A DNA stretch of 64,000 nt from Octopus vulgaris (Eukaryota). Shown piece by piece: positions 53,980 to 64,000 of this stretch (position 1 is its first letter; the number at the start of each line of letters is the position of its first letter). The stretch lies in the NCBI GenBank assembly GCA_951406725.2, contig OX597818.1:113212001-113276000 (forward strand), read 5' to 3'. The notes below the pieces were generated by a model that saw only the letters and a program-made list of their open reading frames with translations, had not been told where the DNA came from and searched no databases. Both the position numbers and the translations under genes were made by a program.

Positions 53980-55507
53980 GTGTGTATGTGCATATATATG
54001 TGTGTGTGTGTTTTCGTTCCCGTAACGTAGCGTTTCAGCAAACAAGACCGATAGAATAAGTAACAAATATTCAACAGCATTGCGGTTGATTCATTCGCTT
54101 AATAAAATTTCAAGCCGGCTTCCCAACATGACCACCAATCTAATGATTGAAACAAGTAAATGAAAGAAAGAAAAACTTTCCTTTTTAATATATATGCTGC
54201 CTCGGAAACAGAATATTTCCTTTTTAAACCACTCCACATCGTTTCTTCTATAATTTTCTCAATAACCAGTCTATATCTTCCTCAACTTTGGAGCCATTAT
54301 GTTGTTAGTGAACAATAACCGAAAAAGAAAACATTCTCTTTTGCAATTTTCTTTCTTTAAAGAAATAAACATGGGATTTAAATTGGTTCCATTAGTTAAA
54401 CAGAAACTTTTAGTAGTGTCTTATTTAGTCACGCCTTGGTTGCTCTAACATTAATGATTTCACGGTTACGTTTCTTTAAAAGCATTTGTTTACACATGTG
54501 TATCATTTATATCATTTTAAACTCCGAAAATTAAATAAAGAATATCCGTCTACAATTATTGCTTATAAATTCTGACTTTAGCGCAACACATTATTGCGTC
54601 CATTCCTCTGAAACGTCTTAAATGTCTGTCCTAATAAATTTGGCAGTTGAGGAATGAAATTCATTGAAGCTGTATACTAATTCTCTAATCATAATAAAAC
54701 ATTTTCTACTACACTTTTCAGACGAAAGTGAAATTCACAGGAAAGAGGAAATATGAGATGCATTTGTTATATATGTGTGTGTGAATGTGTGTGTGTATGT
54801 TGGTTCTCTATTGGAAAGATTCACCTCTTGTACCTACAAATGCTTTCTTAGCATGATTTCTTCAATGACATTGGCACCTTGAAGGTCGTCTGAAGAACTG
54901 ATCAGATATACGTCAGCAATGTCCCAGTTCAGTATAGACTCTATTCTACGCTTTTTATTATAATGTTCAAGTGCTATTTCAATCTTCCTCGTGACTTTCA
55001 GGATATTTTACAGACATCATATATATATATATATATACATAATGTGTGTGTGTGTGTGTGTGATCATATTTCTTTTGTACTTACAAATTCGCATGTTATT
55101 CGTTGAGCACTTCTATGTGGAATTGTACTTCCTCCAGGCAGCCTAGCACTTACATTAGAGAAATAGTTACAGAATTGCTTATTTGTATATGCAAACATTG
55201 CACATGCATCTATGAATCTCTTTAAAACTTTCTCTATCTCTCTCACTCTCTCTCTCTCTCTCACTATGTCCCTCTCTCTCTCTCTATTTCTCTCAATATG
55301 AATGAATATCCTTTTTTTTAATGGTGGATCGCGAAGTAGACAACGCTATGAATAGTAGACAAATAAATAAATAAATAAATGACCAATTGGTCAGAAAAAA
55401 AACAGATTTTCCCGAAACAAAGACTTTTCACCTGATATTTACTGGACATTTTAACTTTACCTGCTTCAACATTTGATAGACGGAAGCTGAAAGAAGACTG
55501 TCGTATA

Positions 55508-55563
<56 letters not shown>

Positions 55564-55679
55564 GTAAATGTAGAACGTTAGAATTGGTGGATAAATAATG
55601 TCATTGTTTGTGAATTAAGTCTACCATTTGTTTCATGTTAAGAAGAGCAGGAAAATATCCAAGTATCTTAACATTTTTT

Positions 55680-56240
55680 CAAGCCCGTTACATGGAGAAT
55701 GTTGTTCGCCCAGGGACTGAGATTCGCTTCCATCTGTGACGCGCCACACCCTCCGAACCATTGAACAAAGTGCTGGTGAAGGGTTTCTTACATCTGCCTG
55801 GAATCGTTCAGCTCGTTTCCGTCTCGATTTGTCAAAGAGAGAATTGTAATTTTGTTACCACGTTGAGCCTCCGCCACGCGGGCCCATAAAGCAGCTTTTG
55901 TCCCTTCGTTTCTCAGAGCACGCGCCTTAGCTCTGATAATGCGACCTACAATGCGACCTTCATGTTTCGCATTGAAGAATTGGTCTAATGCCGTTCTCGC
56001 TTCTAACATTCTCGGTTGAAATGTCACTACAAAATGTCTCGACTAACTTAGCTACTAGCTCCTCCTCCTTTCTATTTTTTCTAACGCTACTTCTTTGCTA
56101 AACCCTATCAAAATTACTCTAATCTCTCTTTTGAGATCCCCACCACCACTGTTGTGGACGAGTCTCCTCCGTCAACTTTTGCTAAGATTCGGTTCCTGTA
56201 CGCCTTACATACCGGAAACGACATATTTCGCGTCTTGAAT
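55680..56240 (-). pseudogene. Tx1/L1-like LINE ORF2 linker relic
   Basis: ARTALDQFFNAKHEG..IIRAKARALRNEGTK..EAQRGNKITILSL...G. Confidence 0.6.
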
Positions 56241-56284
56241 AACCCAACGATCGAATCTATCTTTTCGATTTCACACTAACAAGA

Positions 56285-57960
56285 TTATTGAAACTCACAA
56301 GATTATTTGAGCTGCAGCTATTGTTGCTGCAGTCAGATTCGGATACAAAAGAGAACAAACAGAAAGTAAAGAACCATTCTAGTGTAGATGAATTTATGAG
56401 AAACAAAATTAAAAAGACATTTAGGACAGGTTGATGGATTAAGTAGAAGGGAATTGCAGAACGAAATCATAAGAATAATGCGAGAAAAAACATAGAGTTA
56501 GAGATAAAGAGCATGATGTGATATTAGAAGAATTGAAACAAAGAGTAGTAGCAATCAAAGCAAAACTGGAAAGATATGACAATAGAAAAAGATAGTTCAG
56601 AAAAAAGACAGATTGTTTGAAGCAAATCAGAATAAACTATTTCAGAAATTAGATGGGAAATTACACGTAACAATGATAGCAGATGCAAAGGAAAGCAGAA
56701 CATTCTGGAGATTGGTCTGGGACCAGCCTGTAGAACATAATGGTGAAGCTGACTAGCTGCATGACATCCAAGAGGTTAAGAAATATAGACGGTCAAGACA
56801 ACATAGAAATAACTACAGAGGTGATAAAAAAAGCATTTAACGTAACTCCCAAATTTGAAGAGCCCAGAACTGGATGGGGTCCAAGGATGATGAAGCTGAA
56901 AGGGCTCCATGAAAGGATAGCGCAACAGCTAGATAAGGGCTTGCAGAAAGGCGCATAACCTAGCTGGATGACAAAGGGAAAGACATTATGTGCCAAAGAT
57001 CCTTAAAAGGGAAATTTTGCATCCAAATTTAGACCACTAACCTACCTTCCGCTAATGTGAAAACTAATGTCAGGTGCTTTGGCTGGTGAACTATAGATAC
57101 CGGGGAAACGGTGGTGTACTACCTATTGAACAGAAAGGGTGCCGAAAGAAGAGCCGGGGAACGAAGGATCAGCTCTTAATTGATAATATATTTATCAGGA
57201 ACTGCAGAAGACACAAAAACCTCAGCATGGCATCGGTTGACTATAGAAAAGCATACGATATGATACCAGAGTAGCATAAAATATGAGAAGCCTCATACAG
57301 AATAGCATGAAATGTTGGAGAATGGAATTACCAGCAGGGAAGCAATTATTAGGAGACATGAAAATCAAGAGATGAATCTTCCAAGGGGACAGTGTGTCTC
57401 CACTGATCAGGTAGCGAAATTGCTACATTGGAAACTGCGAAAAGTAGAGGATAGAGTGAGACAAGAGGTGGTATGAACACAAACTGCAGAGTGGCTAAAA
57501 TCATTTGTGAATTCCCAATCCTAACAGATCAGGCGCTAGAGCATAACAGACCGGACCTAGTTGTGGTGGATAAGGTGCACCACATATGCTATATAGTTGA
57601 AGCTGCATGCCACTTTGATCCACGAACAGTGAAGAAGGAAAGCGAAAAGATAGATAGAACCCTCTTAGGTACGAAATAGCCCGGCTGTGTAAAATGAAGA
57701 AGGTGAAGATAGTGCCAATTGTTGTTGGGTCTTTGGGAAGAGTATCAGAAGGCATCAAGAGCAATATAAAGGAAATTGGAATAGAGTGCCCAGTAGAACT
57801 GCTAGAAAGGGTCTACCTCCTTGGAACGGCCAGAATAATCAGGTAATCAGGAAAATGTTAGATAGCTGAAAAGGATGGATAACATGGTACCGTTGGCTGC
57901 AGGTAGCAAGACCGCTACGCATGCAAGACTCCAGGAGTTCAAACAAAACCTGTGATAAAT
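56285..57960 (+). pseudogene. R4/Dong-like relic with RT motifs, ending at (AAT)n
   Basis: FRPLT.LPL; [19 protein letters not shown]; VDYRKAYD; IFQGDSVSPL; TDQALEHNRPDLVVVDK. Confidence 0.9.
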
Positions 57961-57980
57961 AGAAAATAATAATAATAATA

Positions 57981-58280
57981 ATGGTTCTAAGTTCAGTCCT
58001 ACTGCGTGGCACCTTCGGCCATGTCATAGCCTCGGACCGATCAAATCTTATGAGTGGATTTTTGTGTGCATATGTGTGTGTGTATCTGTGTTTATCTCTC
58101 ACCACCACTTGACGATCGGTTTTGGTGTGTTTACGTCCCCGTAAATTCAGCGATGGATCAAGCGATAACGCTAGAATAAATAAAAAGCTTACAAATTGCA
58201 CTGGGTCCTATTCATTCGACTAAAATTTCGTAAAAGATAGTTGCCCCAGCATGACCACAATCTGAATGAAACAAGCGAAA
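57981..58280 (+). mobile_element. SINE S3, 5'-truncated and diverged
   Basis: Homology to 36034-36455. Confidence 0.8.
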
Positions 58281-59401
58281 GACAGAAGAATAGATAAAGA
58301 TAACATTTCAAGCCATCCATTGGATGTAATTGATGAGAATAGAATCTCTAGAAATACTTGTATCTATTCACGTCAATAACGTTGTTTGCATTTCTCAGGT
58401 TTATTCTATATATTGAACAAATATCCGTTTCATAATTGTACCCTTATAAGTAGGAACATATGACATATTTCACATTTATATTTCCTACAATTCCGTTGAT
58501 TTTCATTTATTCTTTAATATTTCAGAAACATTTCAAATTAATATTTTTCTCTTCAATTTTAGAAATCACAAACCACAACATATATTGAATGCCAAATTAA
58601 ATATCATTGCTTATTGTGTGTATTCTTCGCATTCATTGTATACACACATACACACACATATATTAATACAAAATCATATATACACACACATATATATAGC
58701 TGTATGTATGTCTTTGTGTGTGTGTGCCCGTGTGATTGTGCGTGTATGTGTGTGTGAAACCAGCGATGCATATTAAATAGATGATATGTTGTATTTTCTG
58801 AATACCTGACAGCAGCTACGAATAGAAGATTTAAAACTTAATTTTAAACATCACATTCCACTTAAATATATAATATTTGTGTTGGATATATTTCAGCTTT
58901 TTCTTCTTTTTTTTCCTTCCTGACTATTACGTATGATATATTGATTTCCTAGCTGAAAAATATAATTTAATTAAATTAGATGAAAACAAAAATATATTGT
59001 CGTTCTTTAAAACCAACAGTGAAGCTAATTTCGAGAGTTTCTCTCGTACGGTATTATAAACTAATGCCTATATTCATCTTTATCAAAAACACGATTATCC
59101 ATGGTTAAAAATTCCATCAATACAACCAGTTTATTTATTCAAATCCACATCACTTCTCTAAAATATATCTGGCCATATATTTGGTCACAAATATTATCTC
59201 ATCACTTCATTTTAAATCGATATAGTGTAGATTGTAACGGGATATTCATATCCCTGTGAAAAAGCAATTTTATCCTACATTAACTAGCTCCAGTTAGGTG
59301 ACCGGAAGGTGTTGAAGTAAGTATGACACAACATTAGAAAATGTATTCTGCATGCTATTCCAAAAAAGATTCCTGAAGAATGATGGTATAAAAAACGATA
59401 A

Positions 59402-59630
59402 ACGTCGCCCTTTTGAAGCCTAGCCAGGCTCATGGGCCCGGTTTCCCGGTTTCTGTGGCGTATGTGTCCCCCCCCCCCAGCCGGACGGGACACCAGTCCA
59501 TCGCAGCGTTACTCAAGAAACAGTGAGAGAAAGTTGTGGTGAAAGAGTACAACAGGGGTCGCCACCATCCCCTGCCGGATGCTCGTGGAGCTTTTAGGTG
59601 TTTTCGCTCAATAAACACACACACAACGCC
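59402..59630 (-). mobile_element. S2 SINE fragments (composite)
   Basis: 59402-59510 matches the tail of 25029-25268; 59515-59630 matches the body of 2100-2200. Confidence 0.8.
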
Positions 59631-60724
59631 TCTACCATGCCGTTCCAAAAATATATCTACTGGAGATGTGCACAAAGCACAGCTGAAACGCAGACTGTGG
59701 TAGAGCTTCCAGATCCAGAAGGTTTCTGTTGCTACATTCCAGAATCTGTGTGACTTTTTAACATCATGTTTCTGAACAATGCAATCTAACATCCTTGTCA
59801 CAGGCTTAACGTATTTTCTCACCCCTGTTATTCGCTCGCTGTAAAATTCTCTGCATCTCGGACTACCCCGGTTATACACAAACTGCTACCAAGGACACCG
59901 ACTCATCTCTTTGTGTCGGGTGTCTTTGATACATTGTCAGTTGAACTTTTGCTCTCTGAAACTCCCTCCTTGCAAAGTTGGTTCCATCGGTTTCGAGAAT
60001 TCCTTGAGAAAGATTAACCGCATTTTGGAGAATGTAAGAAGACCGTGGATATGACATATTCATCCAAGCGTAAAAAATAGAAGAAAGGCACATAAATACA
60101 ATGATTTGTCTTATCAGCTTGATACTGACATATTCATACGTTTTGATAAAGTTGTATACGTTTTATAGACATACAACTATTCACTTGGTGTACATTTGGT
60201 GATTAATATGCAAAAGTATTAAATATATGAATTTCTTTAATTAATTCTGTATAAGAAATAAAATTTAATTCAATTTTGTTGTAGAGATTCTTGTTATACA
60301 AATAAAATTTATACCAGAAACAAAAATTATGGCAGATAATAATTCTAAAATTTTGCCAAAATAATTAAAAATAAATTCCATTTAAAATACTTTCTTGTTG
60401 AGATATTCTAACTTTTTATTCTTTTTCAAGTTTCAAAGATCATACAGAAAGTGTTTTATGGAAAAGATTTTAACCGAGAAATAACTACTAAAGAAGTGAT
60501 CACATTTTATCGAAATGTTACCCGAAAATAAAAAGCTTATTTCTAAGAATTTAATCTAAATAAAAATGAAATTCTATTTCTAAACATCGTCTTTTCTTAT
60601 TGACGTTTATGTTAGCACATACATTTCCGGTCATAACAACGTGTTCTGGGCATGGATCTAGGTGGAATATTTGCAGACGATTTTGCTTTCAAATGACTTT
60701 ATTATGTTCTATATTCAGCGACAG

Positions 60725-60941
60725 TGGAGGCGCGTGGTTTAGTGGTTAGGGTGTTAGCATCATGATCGCAAGATTGTGGTTTCGATTCCTGGACCGGGCG
60801 ATGTCTTGTGTTCTTGAGCAAAACATTTCATTTCACTCAGGTGGCAAAAATGTGTAACGCTGCGACGGAATGGCGTCTCGTCCAGCTGGGGAACACATAC
60901 GCCATTGAAACCGGGAAACTAGGCTTTAAAAAAGGGCGCCT
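60725..60941 (+). mobile_element. S2-type SINE
   Basis: GGAGGCGCGTGGTTTAGTGGTTAGGG..GGTTTCGATTCC; tail ggctttaaaaaagggcg. Confidence 0.85.
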
Positions 60942-63900
60942 TTATTTTTTTTTTTATATGCAGGACAAGAACTTTTTTAAAATTCACTGAGGTTGTTCAG
61001 CTTTTTTCTTTTTATCTTCCTTTTACGCATATTTGGAAACAATAATAATTTGAATATCGAAACAGAGATCTGTTTCACGAAAAGTGAATTAAGTATCATT
61101 TTATTTAGAATTTTTATTTAAACTGTTTAGTGTCTCCACTTCAGATATTATCCTTTTATTGCGTCTGATAAATCTATAAATTTATATTGCCACAGCTACG
61201 GGGTTTTAATTTGGTGTTATAAATCCCGTCATTGTACATTTTCTAACAGAAAAATATTTAGATTACTGTAGAAAGGAGCCATCATGAAGCTTACCGGGAG
61301 AAATGTTATGCCTTATCTTACAAAACAAACACTTTTCTCATATGGTTTGGCAAAAATAGAAACATCGCAAAACATAAAATGTAAATACATTCAAATAAAA
61401 CGAAAATTAAAATCAAATTTATTTAGGAACACGCTTCAGAAAATTTACACATTTTAAAATAAAAAGAAATAAATTCGATTTCAAAATTATTCTCAGGAAA
61501 CGAATAGTATTATTTATTTCAACTGAAAGTAATTGTTAGAGCAAATTTAGCAGAACATCACAGAAGTTATTGAAACTGGGTAGAATTCCATGATTAAAAT
61601 AACTGAAGAGGTTCAGCGCTTCTCAGAATTTCTTCAGGGAAGTTCCTATCATAACATATAGAACATTCGCTTTCGAAAAATAAATGTTGGAAGAGTGTAC
61701 AGAATTAATGGAGTTGCCTGTGAGGTCTCGATTTAATTTTAGTCATAGTTTAAGGTAATGCATTTTTTAAGAATGATATGATATATTTATAATTATAAAC
61801 GTATTGATGTCCCCAGTGAAATAGCCATCAACTGGTGAACTATACATTAAACTCAAATTCGTAGAAGGTCGTGCGACATTGTAATTCTTAATTTAGATTT
61901 TTCTATAGTTCTTTCCGCTCTATTTCGGTTAAATCGTCATCGATCTATTTTTCTGGTAAATGAATTAAAATTTCTGAGTCACTGAAACGTTTCACCAACC
62001 AAGCTGTTTCTTTTCTATTTTTTGTCTTTTGGTAAAGATTTATTAACCATGCAACAATTCTTCAAATACGACATTACATGCATACACTTCTACCCAAACT
62101 AAGGCCTCTATTCTAGAACTAACAGCCAAACGCCGCTTCCCTTTCACATTACACTGCCGCTTTAAAAACAACGAATGAACCCCTTCCGTAATGAAGTTTT
62201 AGATACCTCTAAAAGGACTGAACATGTAGTTCTGCAACATCTTTTATCATAATTATGTTTGATCATTACTGATCACAAGCTAAGAAATAAAGAACGATAC
62301 TAATTTCATCGATTTATCAATAGCGGTAAACAAAACTGAACGCAGTAACATGACAAATCAATAATATGAGGTTAAAAGTACCTTGTTGCACCGCTTCTGT
62401 CAGTGTACACAACATCTCTATCTTCCTATATATATATCGCTCTCTATCTCTCTCTCTAGCTCTCCCCCTTTCTTCCTTACTATCACTCCCTCTCTCTTTC
62501 TCCTTCAAATGATGGTTGACCTTCACTTACACAAGCTTTGGTGCCAGTTTTAGAAGTGTGGATAGGGCATCCGTAGTCTTTTACTGCAAGACCCGGTGCA
62601 TAACCCACTGACAATAAAAGCTACTGACGTGAAGTATCAAGACAAGAGAAGTACAATTGTGTACAATGATTATTCACTTAATATAAGAAAGTTCGGTCAG
62701 GCCTGACGTTTCTTTATTAAGTGCTTTAGAGTGTTAAATATATGTAATGCTTGTAATGTCTCGAATATCGGTTGAATTAGTCTGAAAGTAAAAACTGAGC
62801 TCGTAATTCTTTTTGAATCAATAAACCAGAACGTATATAGAATTTTTATTTTCTTAATAATGCAAAATACTACAACTAAACTTTTTGAGACAATTGTCTA
62901 AAATTCAGATTAATTAGACATGAAACTTAACACATGTATAATTTCGTAATTGCAGGGGTTTCTATTAAAACTGACAGGATGTATGGAAGTATATGCATTC
63001 CAAGATGAGGGTAATAATTTGGCACGTCGGTAGCTGGAATTTTGCGTCGAGGCACAGTTTTCCAATGAAGCGGGTTATCTGATGTATGAATGTTTTTGAA
63101 TATCTTCTGCTCCAGGTAGAAAATCCGAATTAAGAATATTATATAAGACCAAACCCGGCAATAGGCGTGGCAATACACTTTCTTGAAGCTCCACGGAAGC
63201 CAAATTCTAAATTCAATGCGACGGTTTTGAGGGAATTATTAATCCCTGATCAACAAACGATTTCCAGAATTTCTTGAAAGTAATTTTTTTAAAAAGAAAT
63301 ACATTTAAGTCATATATATATATTGTGGTAATTAATAAAGCAGGGCATGGCAGGGTACTACTGCTAACCGATATATAAATTTGGCTCCAGTTTGTTTAAA
63401 TAAATTTACGTGTAGTGATATCAACTTAAAAGTTATTGTTTTATGAATAATAGTAAGCTTTGTTATGATGGAACTTTCATGCTGAGAGTTCTCCAGTTAT
63501 TCAATATTTCAACATTTGATTCAGATTTGTAAAAAGTTGGGCTACAAAGGTGTTGGTTTTTATTTATGAAATGAATTAAGTATCGCGTTATTGCTTATGA
63601 AGTATGTTTTGTCTAAAGCCAAAATCATGAACTACTCAGTGAAAATCGCGTTTTTATGACATCAAGAATTCAAACTGACTGTTGTAAAGTTGAAGGACAT
63701 TTTACGCTTATCTTATTACTATTACTACCTCTCGTGCCAAAAACTGCGACACATTTAAAATCAAGGTATTGTTGGTTTCAAACTGCTTTTGTTCATAACA
63801 ATCTGCGATCTTCTTTGCAATAGTTTATCGTTGATTCGATAACAGCAAAGCTCTCAAAATGATATTTTCGCACCAAAATTGCAAATAGATTCATTATCAC

Positions 63901-64000
63901 TACAACTTCTATAACGAAATCACAAGAGAAACCATTATAAATTAGCTTGCACGAGACTATATCCACAATTAGTTGCTAATGTCTTGCGTAAGCAAGAATG

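Noticed and set aside
54885-54920. CTGAAGA..CGTC motif (also CTGATGA at 10143, 20175 and 52815)
   Set aside because: No correctly placed stem II plus GAAA.
59430-60093. 149-aa and 73-aa minus-strand ORFs
   Set aside because: Partly SINE-derived, with no recognisable domain or splice structure.

Overview
AT-rich eukaryotic DNA with very dense (TA)n/(TG)n/(AAT)n microsatellites. The SINE, LINE and mariner content strongly resembles an octopus (coleoid cephalopod) genome; this is inferred from repeat style, not from a search. There is no intact protein-coding gene. Nearly all ORF-track entries are microsatellite or SINE artefacts, and only two weak candidate host exons (minus strand) were seen. 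Recognisable content: three families of tRNA-derived SINEs, decayed non-LTR retrotransposons (three R4/Dong-like copies at (AAT)n tracts, plus RTE, CR1-like and Tx1/L1-like relics), two mariner relics and a Penelope GIY-YIG relic. The main unexplained signal is a high density of minimal type I hammerhead ribozyme (HHR) motifs from about 8 unrelated sequence families, several with intact cores and one with a U3-A8 compensatory core. Many lie in fold-back (inverted-repeat) insertions next to (TA)n. One family is a tRNA-headed SINE with a Penelope-type HHR 3' part, present twice as head-to-head dimers. Coordinates were read by eye, so element edges are approximate.
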